Shown: positions 25,093 to 38,049, numbered from the whole stretch's first letter. The stretch is 62,328 nt of DNA, filler included, from Choristocarpus tenellus KU-1152 (GCA_964200185.2; 11 parts of 11 records of this genome joined end to end with filler, not necessarily neighbours in it); one strand, 5' to 3'. Made by a program: numbers and translations. The notes: generated by a model from the letters alone, not told the origin.

Positions 25093-27108
25093 TCACTTTG
25101 TCTTGTATATCCTCAAGAGGGCTGCTTTTTGATTCCCATCAGGAAGAGACCCGATAATATCTGGTGCAATGCTCTGGGCGCCATCTTTCCCCAAAGCCTG
25201 TCCCAAAGAATTTTGGAGAGGTATTTTTGTGTTTTCATGAAATGTATGTAAGCGTTTAGGCGGTGAGAGAGGATGAGTGTGCGGGGGAGGGGTCCATGTT
25301 AAGGGCAGGTTGTCTACTGGGGTGACAAAAAAGGCCAGACGCTTGAGCAATTTGGGGTAGTTTACCCTGACCACGAAGTCGAGCATAAGGAAGCCGTGGT
25401 CACAGCAGGTCTATGTGTGTATATGTTAACATCACATAGAGCACAATCGCGATGCTGTTAAATCACATCAACAAGCCAATGAAAGGAACAATGTATTCAC
25501 CAAAAGCAGCACGGCAAACGGCTCTCCTCAGCACACCCTGCCCCCTTCCCCACACAAAAGCAAACAAACATACACACACACACATACACACAACGGTACC
25601 TTCACCAGTGTTGCCCAATAGTCCATCGACGAAATAGCTCCCCTCGCATAGAGATCTGTTCGCTTTGAGAAGGCGGTCAACGCGGCAGGTGATCCCAACG
25701 CCTCAGTAAGTACTTTCACCACCTGAGGGGGGAAAGTCACACTCTCCACTACCTTTGCTCAGGTTTCAGGGAAGTACGGTGGAGGGGGGTTGTTGCAGTG
25801 GTGGGGGCAGGTGCAGGGGCATGGCCGAGGGCAAGGCAGGGAGGGCACAGCAGTGGTAGGCATGGGGTTGTTTTCCATCAGAAGAGCGAGAGAGAGTACG
25901 GCAAGATTATCAACAAGATTTTGAAAGAGAACAAGAGCCCACAGTTATGCTCATTCCAGACATTAACTTCAATGCGGGTAGAAGGGTTTGGTGCTCGTAT
26001 TGTGCTGCACCTGGGAGATGATATGAAAAAAAAAGCACCAATATACAGATGCAATAAGGAACCCTGGAAGGCTTGTCTGCCTCCCAACAAAATGTGAACT
26101 TTGTGAGAAAGGTCTCGACAGTGACAGAGTGGCAAAGAAATTTTTTTCATTCAAAAAGCCTGCTTCAACTGAAAGATGTGAGACCCAAGGTTGCTCTCTC
26201 ATACATCTAACACCCCTGCCCCCCGCCCCCCCACCGACTAATTTGCACACCTTGGGAGTCAGAGCCTTTTTAGCAACAGGAGTCGGCTCAGGTGCAGGAG
26301 TTGAGGTTGAGGTCTCCTCAGTCGCTGTAGCCACATTTTTCGTTTGGGCTGATGATGGCGAGACCTTTTCCTCAACAACCGCCTTCGAAGGCGGTGGCGA
26401 GGGTTTCTTTTCCGAGGAAGATGTTTCACTGGTCTTAGGTGCTGCAGGGGGAGCTTTGGTGGGGGTGGGACTTGACTTCAAAGGTGAAAAAAGTCCTCCA
26501 AAAGGTGACTTTGGCATTGACGCCTTTGGGGATGACGGGGGGGTGGACTCAGAGGAGGGAGAAGACTTGGCAACAACCGCCTTCGAAGGCGGTGGCGAGG
26601 GTTTCTTTATTGGGGAAGGCTTTGCACTGGTCTTAGGTGCTGCAGGGGGTGCTTTGGTGGGGGTGGGACTTGACTTCAAAGGGGAAAAAAGTCCTCCAAA
26701 AGGTGACTTTGGCATTGACGCCTTTGGGGATGACGGGGGAGTGGACTCAGAGGAGGGAGAAGGCTTGGCAACAACCGCCTTCGAAGGCAGTGGCAAGGGT
26801 TTCTTTATTGAGGAAGGCTTTGCACTGGCCTTAGATGCAGCAGGGGGTGCTTTGGTGGGGGCGGGGCTGGACTTCAAAGGCGTGAAGAGTCCTCCAAAAG
26901 TCGGCTTCGGGGTTGATGACTTGGGTGATGGAGATGTCAAATTCTTCACGGTTGAGGGTTTGGCCACTGCTGCTTTAGGAGTAGACCGCTTGGGCGCAGG
27001 GGTAGGAGCAACCTTGGACGCCACCTTGGCAACTGGTTGGGGCAAGGTCTTTGGCTGGGCAGGCTTGGGGACGGTCTTGGGTTGCACGGCCTTGGATGCC
27101 ACCTTCGC
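25093..27108 (-). CDS. 3' part of a spliced gene: Pro/Ser/Lys/Ala-rich repeat region plus C-terminal PAH-like helical domain (ZNF598/Hel2-type); exons 27108-26251, 25722-25600, 25197-25093
   Basis: All junctions are GT-AG, phase 0 and open; C-terminus ALTAFSKRTDLYARGAISSMDYWATLVKALGKDGAQSIAPDIIGSLPDGNQKAALL. Domain identity is by pattern recognition only. Confidence 0.78.
26373..26905. repeat. Coding tandem repeat, 198 bp (66 aa), about 2.7 copies
   Basis: CAACAACCGCCTTCGAAGGC at 26373, 26571 and 26769. Confidence 0.95.
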
Positions 27109-27485
27109 CTGCCAAGGACATACAATGGAAAGGTAGAGTGGGGGGGGTTGGGGTTGGATAATACCTCATTACATATGTACGATTTAGAATAAAAAGTAGT
27201 GCCATGTACTCTGCGGGCTGCGAATAGCAACCAACTTGGTTTTTAAAAGAGAAGAGAAATCCAGACATTGCAAGTGTCTGTTGTCAGGTGCAAGGCGGAG
27301 TTAGCTGATTGGGTCTGCAAGGGGGGGGGGGGGGGCTCTTACCAAGGTTCCCANNNNNNNNNNNNNNNNNNNNNNNNNNNNNNNNNNNNNNNNNNNNTTA
27401 ATTAATTAANNNNNNNNNNNNNNNNNNNNNNNNNNNNNNNNNNNNNNNNNNNNGTATTGCACGAGTGTTGTGGGGGACAGACAGC

Positions 27486-27654
27486 GGGGGGGGGGGGGGG
27501 GGGGTCTACACCAGGGTGTCTATTCGGGCCATGACCAGGAGAATGGAACGAAAATAATCCGTCCGATTCATGCGACAAAGCACCCAAAAATCGCGACATG
27601 CTAGAATGAGTCCCGATTGGACAGCCGCCACCCCCCCCCCAGATACTTTGAGCC
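27486..27654 (+). mobile_element. Family C MITE (left TIR missing)
   Basis: G-run, TCTACACCAGGGTGTC...CCCCAGATACTTTGAGCC. Confidence 0.85.
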
Positions 27655-29022
27655 TAAAGAAAGTATAAGGTGCTTCTTCGTTTACCCTTCCATATTCAAG
27701 CCAATTCATCAAGGTTCAGACAATGCAATCACTTTATATGCACCCAGCAACCTTCCATATCAAAATGCAATTTCCTGTCCCGGTCGATGCTCTTTGTCAG
27801 ACTTCCTCCTTATTTGCAATTTGAGGAGGGATTCAGGTTATTGCAAGGAGTAGGGAATAAGATCGAAACAAATGTGTTCTATGCAAGTGGGTATTATTGC
27901 TGTTAACCTACACTCTGAACTCTACATAATAGCAATTCAGAAAAAGCATTGTAGTTTGTTGTAATTCAAAGCAGGGGAAATTAGAACCAATTGTAATAAG
28001 AAAGAACAGGAGGTGGCCATATAGGTGAGCCAGTGAGCCAGTGAGTGTGCAACTGACCATATAAGTGTATGCTAGAGGGGATATCCACCTAGCAAGCACT
28101 CAAGACCAAGTATGAAGCTGCAACCGAACAATTGATGCGTGCTGTTCATCGCTGATTCTAGCAGTGAATGGTTGAACCCAGCAAGGAACTGGATCAGTGG
28201 CTTCTCTGTCTCTACCGGCCCAAGGCCGAATTGGAAGGATTTGGAGAAACGATCAGCGAATTCCATCTACAGGATGCTCTCCTCACGGGACTCTCAACAG
28301 ACTACGAAGTTCTTCGCAATCCAGTTCACTTCCAGTCAGACTTCTCCACAGAGGCCCTCATCTCAGCCATCTGTGTCACGTACAATAGAGACCTGAACCT
28401 GGCCGACTGTTCATCAGATGGACTCCCAACATCGTCCTCACCGTCAAAGTACGTCCATGCCACCACTAACTACACCGATCTAGCCACCACCTACGCCAAT
28501 GTCCCAGTTACCGAGTCACCACCACCCTACCACACCCATCTTATGTGCCCGTACCACGCAGCAGCACCTCGTGTTCCTACCACATGACCAACACACAGCG
28601 ACCAAGAATGCCGCGCACAGCTCCAGCAACACCAAAGCCACCCCAACCGCCACCCCTCTATCCTACCCTGGCCCACCCCCACTCAAACCGCCACTACCTC
28701 CATCACTACATCCACCCTATCAGACGGGTGGGGTCAGGATGCCCAAGGCCACTATTTCTGCTGCTTCTCCACCACCACGAACCAATCCATACCCCCCCAA
28801 ACCGACCCATCCACATCTGTCCTTATCTCCTATATAGTTGATTCTGGCTGCACCGTTCATATGGCCAACCCTGATCCACGACCCCCACCGCTTCCTTTCC
28901 CACATTACCCCACTTTCCCACTCCATCACTGTATCCCGCATCGGGGATTGCCAACTCATTGCTCACCGGCAGGCCATCTTGACTGGACTCCTGCAACTCC
29001 CCAGCGCATTATCTGTCCGTTT

Positions 29023-29264
29023 GAGTGAAAGTATCTTAGAGGGTACGAGATTTGCCCTGTTTGTCCGTTTGGGGCTTGGCTTCCCACAGGGCTTTTTGAC
29101 ATTTTCCTACTCCAAAATGTTTCGGAGTAGGTTTCGTGTATTTATCCGGAACAAGGGTATTGGCAATTCCTAACAAACGCGATAGCCAGAATTATATCAA
29201 AATCGCAACATTGGATTTTGGCCCCCAAACGGAAGCGGTTCTACCCTTCAAGATACGATGACTC
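29023..29264 (-). mobile_element. Family A MITE inserted in Copia
   Basis: GAGTGAAAGTATCTTAGAGGGTAC...diverged left TIR ending GACTC. Confidence 0.88.
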
Positions 29265-29903
29265 TTCGCCATTCACTGTACGACTTGTCCCTGGCCTCGG
29301 CCGTCATCTGTTTTCTACATGTGCTGCGGCGACTGCTGGATGGACTAGTGTCATCTCCCACACACCCCACCTGCTCAACGATACTACACGCATACCCCTC
29401 AGGACCACGGACTCCTTGTACCACTTGGATTTCTCCCAGTGCCCCCTCAATCCCACCCCCTACCACCTCATACCTTGCCTTCATACGCCCCCAACTCCCC
29501 CTGTCCCTGCCTTTTCCAATATATTCCTCTGACATCATCGCCTTGCCCACCTCAATGACCTGCACCACCTCAAAACAAACCATCCCACACTCCTGGATTT
29601 TCCCACCACTGCCCACCTACCGCCATGTTCTTCTTGTTCCCTCAACAAGTCCATCCACCAACCACCACACCCCAAGATCTCCACCACCACCATGCACCCC
29701 CTTGATGTTGTCCACATGGATGTTTCGGAACCTGTGTCACCCGCCTCCTTCCACCGGAGCCACTACACTGTCATCTACACTGGCTCATCCACCCGCATGC
29801 GCCGCATCTGCTTCATTTAATCCAAGGTAGGCGTGTTCACCACCCTTGAGCGTTATCATGCGGACGTCGCCACCCCTTCTGGCCTGTCCATCAAGGCCCT
29901 ACG

Positions 29904-30086
29904 CACCCAAAGTATCTGGGGGGGGGGAGGGGGTCTACACCAGGGTATCCATTGGGGGCTTAACCAGGAAAAGTGCACTTCCATTATCCATCCGACGTAT
30001 GCAACCAAATCACTCAAAAATCGCGACATGGAAAAATTGACCCCAAATGGACAGCCGCCACCCCCCCCCCCCAGATACTCTGAGCC
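29904..30086 (+). mobile_element. Family C MITE inserted in Copia integrase, TSD TACG
   Basis: Removing it restores GCC CTA CGC TCT GAC AAT (ALRSDN). Confidence 0.9.
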
Positions 30087-31174
30087 TACGCTCTGACAAT
30101 TGCAGCGAATACACAGATCGGAATCTAGCCACCTACTGTTCTCACCATGGCATCTGGCAGGAATTTACCAACCCATACACCCCCCAAGATGACAGCCTGT
30201 CTGAACGTCAGTGGTGTACAATTCTCCAAAAAGTCAGAAGTCTCCTCAACAACACCGACCATCCCAAACAACAATGGCCCAAAGCCGTAGCCACCGCAAC
30301 CCACCCTACCAACCTTTCCCCCACTACCACCCTAATCTACAACACCCCATACCATGCCAGGCACTCCCAATAACCGAACCTGTTCCGCCTCCGTATCTTC
30401 GATGCTCAGGCTTATGTCCATCATGATCACCCCCACAGGGGTAAACTAGCACCTACAGCATGGGAGGGGCGCTTGGTTGGTTACAGCACCCACAGCACTG
30501 GGTACCACATCCGGAAGCTCCAAACCAACCGGGTCTTCAACACGTGCCATGTCACCTTCATTGAAGAAATCCCATCCACCTTACTCAGCAACATCCCAGC
30601 TCAGGGCACATTGAACCAACCAGCCTTGGCCCTCCCCCTCTCTATCGAACCGATTCTGTGCCCATCCTTTCTGTGGAGGAGAACCTTTGTTATATCTAAA
30701 CATTATTGTCTTCAACTATTCATACTGCGAGCAATAATCAGGGTCCGCTCGACTTTGAAGTTCTCAAGCGAATCTGATGATGTCGCTCTCGCAAAATACG
30801 CGAATAGACCATTCTCAAAGGTGCTATCACATTGAAATAGGAAAGGAAAAAGTATCAAATTGTCAAACCTACTGAGAGGTAGGCAGGGTTGCATTTTAAG
30901 GATTCCGATAAAGTGCAAAATGATGTCGCTTTGTCCAATAACAGACTCTTTGCTGAATTGCGTGTAAATTGTGCAAGGAAAGAAGTAATATTAATTTTGT
31001 GCTCACTATTGCACATCTAAAGTAATGGAATAGATTACATTGCACAGGATAACAAACGACTTAGAATGGAAAAGGGTCCAATCCTGCCCACTATCAACTC
31101 GTTTTATCAATCCCATGCACCCATGCCAACATAAATATTAAAAATGAAAGTCCCATGCATTTTCTAGGAGGTTT

Positions 31175-31510
31175 CACCAGGCTGGGCAATTGACATATCC
31201 AGTGTCGGGCATATATGTCGACAACTCAGCCCATGGCTCAACCATGTTGAAACAGGTGATGACCATGGGCTTTTCCATGTTAGGTGATGACCATGGGCTT
31301 GTCCATGTTAACTTGGTTTCACCCGGCTGACTGAATGCCCTTGGTCATGTTGAGTTGACGGCCATGAACTTGGACATGTTCAAACTTGGTTGTTGTACCT
31401 GGTCAGTTTTCGACCAGAGTCGTGTTTAATTAATAACGACCATTTATCCATGGCCGGCCAGGTAATATTTTCTTGAGATTTGGGCAGGCCACGTCATATC
31501 CAGGGCCTTG
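31175..31510. repeat. Dispersed repeat (family E) built from degenerate ~30-bp CCATGG/CATGTT units
   Basis: Related copy at about 45045-45330 with a shared TAATATTTT...GCCACGT end. Confidence 0.6.
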
Positions 31511-32032
31511 CCTTCTGGGATAGTCGTCATGTATGTAAGCATACCCCTCGGAAAACACCATGCTCAAAGCTAACTTCAACCTATTATGAACGTTCGACTA
31601 TATTCTGTCTCCATTGTCCAATATCCATGACAGAATCTGGGTCGTTTTCTATATAACACCCACGACCAGAACGACATTCGGGGTCCAGTTGCTCTACAAC
31701 GTCTGATATTCTTAAAAGGTCCCAAGTCAATTTCCACCATAGCATCCATTGCTAGGGCAAGGTTCAGTGCTATATGCTCCACGTTTCCGATATCCTCGAC
31801 TTTTCAACTCCATCAACACTATAAAGTCTGTTGTCCACATCAACGGTTGGTGTTGTTTCCTCAATTACTGTTGCACAACACAGCCCACTTTAATAACATG
31901 CTTCTTTCTGACATTTACTCTATCTCTCATGTAACAAAAGTTTGGTCATCGAAAAACTACATATACGGGCATATGATGCCATGTTTGGGGTGCGAGGTAT
32001 GACTGATTCGTGATCTGTCTTTAGTATGACTT

Positions 32033-32198
32033 CATGGAACAAGTACCTACATGTGGGAATTATGGTTTCCATATCAACTACTACTTCAAAATCTGGATTT
32101 TCTTATTTTTTGGATTTTCGTGATGGAGCCATATATAGCAAATTTCAAATCAGAAAATATAGGAACCATTATACCCACGTGTAGGTACTTGCTCCCTG
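32033..32198. mobile_element. Small fold-back element or MITE with ~42-bp TIRs (CAGGGAGCAAGTACCTAC)
   Basis: CATGGAACAAGTACCTACATGTGGG...CCCACGTGTAGGTACTTGCTCCCTG; no clear TSD. Confidence 0.65.
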
Positions 32199-32934
32199 AT
32201 GCCAAACCAAATTTTAGAGCATTAATGATCCACATACAGCACAAGCAAAAAGGGCAATGTATGCCAACATTTGCGTTTTTTTATGATCAAATATCTGGAA
32301 TAATGTAAACGGTCTTTCTAGGTAGAAAAAAAGCCAAATAGAAAAAATTTGGAACAAGAAAGAAGAAATAAGGAAAAAAGGAATATATATTACATATATA
32401 TCGCTTGTACTCACTCATAATGCCTGTTGTACAGTAAACACTCAAGTCTATTTTGGTGGAAACATATGTCGCCCTCGACAAGGATTGGGACTAGTTGCTC
32501 CATAATTTCCGGTGTAAAAGCAATGCTTCGAGCAATTTGCTCTCTACCATACATTATTTGACAAACGCTTGAGCAGGTTCAGTCAGTAAACCCGTTGTCA
32601 AGGACAATACTCATGGCAATTTGGTCCATAACACCATCTCTCCAGACATTGCTTTGTCTTGTATGACACTGAAATGTTTGTTTGTGTTAAGCTAGGGCTA
32701 CTTTTTCTTCTGAGGTATTTATAGATGTATGTATACATTTGGAGACTTGCGGGTATCACATGCTGACACATCCACATAGCACTAATACCAAAGGCCGCCA
32801 ACCATGAGTAAATAATATCAGTGTCCTGGCCCTTCGATATTTGTGATCCAAAATATATGGGCAAGGTAGGCAGGCACGGGTTTCACAGGCGGGATTTCAA
32901 CGTCTCTGGTTGTATGCACACATTGCTCGCTAAC

Positions 32935-32955
32935 GGACACAAAGTATCTGGGGGG
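32935..32955 (+). mobile_element. Family B/C left TIR at contig end
   Basis: GGACACAAAGTATCTGGGGGG. Confidence 0.75.
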
Positions 32956-33055
32956 NNNNNNNNNNNNNNNNNNNNNNNNNNNNNNNNNNNNNNNNNNNNT
33001 TAATTAATTAANNNNNNNNNNNNNNNNNNNNNNNNNNNNNNNNNNNNNNNNNNNN

Positions 33056-33191
33056 GTTATGAAAATGTGTGTCCGAAACATGGATATTGATACTTCCTAA
33101 CAAACACGATAGTTAAACTTACACCCAAATCGCAACATTGACCTTTGGCCCCCAAATGGACGCGGCTCTACCCTCTAAGATACTTTGGCTC
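33056..33191 (-). mobile_element. Family A MITE, partial at contig start
   Basis: Ends CTACCCTCTAAGATACTTTGGCTC. Confidence 0.88.
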
Positions 33192-33699
33192 TATCGACGC
33201 TTTCTGCTTGCTATGAACCATGGAACTGGTAATCCATGATCCTATAATATATGTATCAATGATGTAAAAGGTGAGTAACGACCAACACCGATGTGCGAAT
33301 CAATAGTCAGTATGAACTGGTGGTAATACTGTATAGTATCGATAACACAAAAGAGGAGTAGGTTGTGTTTTCAACAAAAGGTTCGACTACGTTTAGGAGC
33401 GATCGCAATCTCTACTACATTACCACTACTCATAATGAGGAGAAGTGGGTATCCGCGAATGGAGGGGGTTCAGTTACCGATTTTCGTGGAGTGTATGGAC
33501 GATGATGCTCACAGCTACCTGTCCAAGAACGATTGAACAAGACCATATGACTGGCGTTTATACCACAACCTGTGTTGCTACGAGGCATCATCATCAGTAG
33601 CGATGAAGGGTGCTATATCACTACCGAACTGAGGCACTCACACTACTACTGAAACCAGCCATTACTACCGAGTGGTCAAAGCACATTTATTTGGTGTTA

Positions 33700-34200
33700 T
33701 TTTGCATATTTTGGGTAAATTATTGTTATGTGCTGTTTTCGTGGCCGTAAGCTATTTGTCGTGTTTCCTGTTTTTTTCCATAAGCCATCTGTGTATGGAC
33801 TTGCCACAAGGCCATGGCTTGATTCATGCTTTCTGTCGTCAATTCAAATAGAGTTATTGATGATGCCCGTATGAGAGGTACTTTAAATGTCAAGAGGGCA
33901 CCTGAATAGCGCCAGAGATTTAGCAACACACTGATGGCCGACATCAACCAATCTTTGGGTACCGAATCAATCTATTATCTGATACACCCGAAACCATAAA
34001 TCATACATTTTGACGACTTATTGGAGTCTACGCATGTTGACATGAACATTGCCTTGTGATAATAACCTACCACATTACTACACCAAGTCCCTATCCCTAA
34101 GAAGAGATGCATTTTATACAGCAAGCAAGTGCTGGGGCTGAAACACAAGTAACACTTCCGATCTCAGCCCAACCAATAATAAAAAATGGTAGGAGTTGTG
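33700..34200 (-). pseudogene. Possible piggyBac-like transposase relic
   Basis: TESM...W.....AY.KK......YGHE resembles the DESM..W...RKP..G.E.K block. Confidence 0.3.
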
Positions 34201-35075
34201 TTTTCCGTAGATATAGCCAAGTACTCTACGACAGAAACGCCAAGTGTATGAGTTGATGTTAAGATCTGAATGCCTCAAGACTGAGTACTAGAGGTCCTTC
34301 ATATATATACTTTGAATTATATCTGTATGTACTCTGAGCATGTGTGAAACGTATGGCATGTACACTCCCCCAAGTCCACTTAATGAAGCTTAGTTTCTCA
34401 TTGCTGTGACTTCCTCCTAAGTTGCATCAGATTTCCGTTAATGGGACCGCAATGATCTCATATTCTCCTACAAACGTGCCCTTCTTGCGAAGAAGCCTAG
34501 ATGTGTGATAATTGCGAGGTGGCTATGCGAAGATGGAGACTCCTATTCGCAGGGTCAGTTGCACACAGATGGTGGATGAGCGACTTCCCGAGCAAGGTGG
34601 CAATGTTTGAGGACCTTGCCAATGGAAAAAGGGAAGCAAAATGGACGGGAGAAGAACTCGTGGATATGGCTATAAGACGACCTAGAGAAGGTATGGGTCG
34701 TGGTTGAGGTATGGAGCACAAGGGCAACCAATCAACAGAGGTGGTACGGGTGTGTGGTTAGCGACATGACCAGTTTAATAGCAGATTGACATTCTGAGGA
34801 AAATGCGATTGCTGAAGTACCTCATGTTAAGGCAGCAGTCAAAGCAACCCAAGCCACCAACACGACCACCATCGATTGGCCACTGAATTTATTGATCTTT
34901 GTTTTTCTCTTTTGGGTTGAATTTTCTTGTGTCTCCTTTTCGGTATATGACCAATGTTTGTTTGGGTTAGAACATTACACTTGGGTAATCTTCGTTACCC
35001 TCATACATACACTGACTGGGCTCCTTCTCCTCTCTCTTTATACCCTACTTCCTGCCACTCCGAAATGGACAATAT

Positions 35076-35251
35076 GACTCAATGTGTCTGGGGGAGAGGT
35101 GATGGCTGTCCATTCGGGGCCCATTTTTCCATGTTACGGTTTTTGGGTGAACTTGGTTGAATGCGTCGGATGGATAAAGTAGGTGCACTTCTCCTGGTCA
35201 GTGCCCAAATGGACACCCTGGTGTAGACCTCCCCCTCCCCTCCCCTGAGTC
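35076..35251 (-). mobile_element. Family C MITE, diverged
   Basis: GGCTGTCCATTCGGGGCCC...GGACACCCTGGTGTAGACC. Confidence 0.8.
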
Positions 35252-35976
35252 ACATAAGGGTGTTCTTCAAGATCTATGTGGGAGTGTGGGGGCAAGGACT
35301 CCCCCTCATCGGACCTAGTTCCATGCACAGTTGTAATCTTTGATCGTGGGAACTGCGATATCCAAGGAACCGAGGGGACATGTTTGTATCGAGAAGTCCT
35401 CTATAGACTTGCTAGGACATTTATTGCAGTATATTTCTCGTACCTTAACAAAGCAAGACTTTTGTAATACGGTGAATGCCAGTAACGGTTTTAGGTCTTT
35501 GTAGTTTTACTGTTTTCTAGACTTTGAAAGTAGAAAGGATGAAGGTTTTGGAATGTTTCTAGACGTCTGTAGTACAGGGTTGTTCTGGTCGTTTTATAGG
35601 TGGACAAGAAGGAGTCCCGCATGATCACTTCCAAGTTTTCACCTAGCTTGGAGTTCCAATCCATAAATATTATTGTGAGACTTGAGACATATTGAACTTC
35701 TAGGGCACGCCTGAGATTCATCAGTCAAAGAAGGAATCTGTGTTCACTGAACAATTGTCTATTCGAACGCATTATAAATTATTATATAATAAAGTCACTA
35801 TTGTGCAAATTACCTTGGGAGGCAATGCTATTTGTTAGTAGTGAAGATAAGAAGGTGTGAAGCCTCACACGACCCCNNNNNNNNNNNNNNNNNNNNNNNN
35901 NNNNNNNNNNNNNNNNNNNNTTAATTAATTAANNNNNNNNNNNNNNNNNNNNNNNNNNNNNNNNNNNNNNNNNNNN

Positions 35977-36399
35977 GGCAATCATGGAACAACGACAACA
36001 CTCCATCACCCACCGTTGGCAATTAGCCTCTCTTCTGCTTGGTTGAACTCCATGTAGACCCGCATCATGAAAGCGCGTTCGGGATCAAACTCTCTCTTCA
36101 ACATCGTTATTCTATGGTTTCCATCCAGTGTTCGTGCTTGAACAGCAAGCGCAGTGTCGGCGGTGAGCTGGTCCCCGTTGCCCAAGCAGCCTTGTTGGAT
36201 GACGACGGACGGAGCAAACTGCTCGAGCCAGCCTTTTTCACGGATGGACTTGCTGACGCATGCAAGGCCACGCTCGCTCAGGGGATGCACCATCTCGTGC
36301 ATGTGATGTTGCCGAGTTTCATCTTGTACGTGCCGAGGTAGTAATGTTCGAGGAGTGAGGACATGCCCTTGGCAGTGCTGTACGACGCTCTCGATCCAT
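35977..36399 (-). pseudogene. ParB/Srx-like domain gene, 5' part, frameshifted
   Basis: PLSERGL..V.KSI.EKGW....PSVV...LDGNHRIT.L; upstream coding is in other frames. Confidence 0.6.
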
Positions 36400-36574
36400 G
36401 GGCAGCGCTATCGTCGGGCAGGGGGGTCGTTGTTGAGCGAATGTTGGACATGGCGAAGGTTGGGAGGGTGTGACGGGGATAGAAAAGTAAGAGCTGCTGG
36501 TGGTATGTGCGGAAGGGAAGGAATGGAAATGAGGAGTGAGGGCTGGGAAGTGCTGCTTTATTTCATCTGGTTGG

Positions 36575-37406
36575 TCGGTCCCCAAAGAACTCAGATTTCT
36601 CTTTCTGTTGATAATTGTGTTACAAGAAATACGAATATCGAAGAGTATATGATTTCATATTTAAAACAGATAGAGAGTATCAGTTTTTTGTGACCTTTCG
36701 TTTCAGAACGTTTCAAACGTATTAGATCAATGAAAATGTGGTTTGTTTTTTTATTTGTTGATATTAAGAATACGATATTTTTATTATTTCATAAAAACCT
36801 AATGCACGTGTTTTAGCGGTTCAAGGGTTTCGGGTGGTCCGACGGATCGCCCGAAACTCAAAAAGTGGTTTTAGTATTTTAAGAAATTATAGGGTACCAG
36901 TTTAAAGTGACCTTTTTAGTTTCGGAACATTGGAAACGTGTAAGAACACAAAAGTACGTGCTTTGTATTTCTGAGAATTGTAAGATTTGATATAATCAGA
37001 TTAAATACATATATATATTATATATAATCAGATTTACTATTTCTAAAAACCCGAATGCACGTGTTTTGGCGATTCAAGGGATTCGGGTGGTCCGACGGAT
37101 CGCCCGAAACTCAAAAACCGCTTTTTGTCGACATTTGTATTATATATATTCTAAAAAATTCAAATGTCGAACAATATAAGATTTTGCACTTGAAGCAATT
37201 AGAGGGTGTCAGTTTTTTTGACCTTTTGGTTTCAGAACATTGGAAACGTACAAGATCAATTAAGTATGTGCTTTGTATTTTTTTTAATTGAAATTACGAA
37301 TATAATCGAATTTTTTATTTCAAAAAACCATAATGCATGTATTTTCCAGATTATGGATCTCAGGGTGGCGCCACGGATCGCGATCTGTTTATATCAAGAT
37401 TGAGCC
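36575..37406 (-). mobile_element. Putative large DNA-transposon end: GGCTCAATC terminus plus about three 250-280 bp subterminal repeats
   Basis: AATGCACGTG...GGGTGGTCCGACGGATCGCCCGAAACTC at about 36801 and 37054, diverged at 37332; ends TTGAGCC at 37406 where the Gypsy RT relic begins. Confidence 0.6.
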
Positions 37407-37960
37407 TTGAACGGCTTTAACATAGTCTTTTCAAGTTGTGAGGTTAATGGAACCATAATAACTAATTATTTATGGCTTGTGCAAGTTGGAGAGAATAAAG
37501 CAATATCATCTAATATATGCGTAATCTAGATCTAACATCGATTGCAGAAAGGTTTCAGATATGAAGCGTTGGAAGATCCATAGTGCATTTTGTATTTCAG
37601 ACAATAATATGTGAAACTCACATTTCCCATCCAACGTTGTGAATGCATTTTTTGTCGTTCGAATTTCTCAATGAATGGTACCTGCCTATACACTGATCGA
37701 ATATCTGGAGAAGACAAATATTTTGAACCTCCCAAAGTGGATGGACATTCTTCCATGGATGGTGAAGATCATGAATTGTGCATCAAATATTAAGTCATGG
37801 TTCCTGCCCTAATTCATCTTCAGATAAATGAAAGATTGACTAAATTTAGCCATTATATCTAGCGACTCCTCCTACCCAATACGAGGCAGTTGTGTATTTG
37901 CGCAAATGCCTTCTTTGAAAACTCTTTCTAGACCAAAGGATTTAAGAGGGTAGTAGGGCA
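37407..37960 (-). mobile_element. Gypsy RT relic
   Basis: KYLSSPDIRSVYRQVP and ILDDI. Confidence 0.7.
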
Positions 37961-38049
37961 ATGTCAGTTCTAGGTCATATTTCCAATGTTGTGATTTTGA
38001 TTAATTTTGGTTACGATGTTTGTTACGAAGCATCAATACAGTGTACTTA

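Larger units (their letters stand above)
28100..30660 (+). mobile_element. Decayed Ty1/Copia gag-protease-integrase region
   Basis: gag LLTGLSTDYE; protease IVDSGCTVHM; HRLAH..C..C; VHMDV, KALRSDN..EY, PYTPQ...SER; KL...AWEGRLVGYS. Confidence 0.9.

Noticed and set aside
26129-27136. 335-aa plus-strand Gly-rich ORF
   Set aside because: Antisense shadow of the spliced minus-strand repeat exon.
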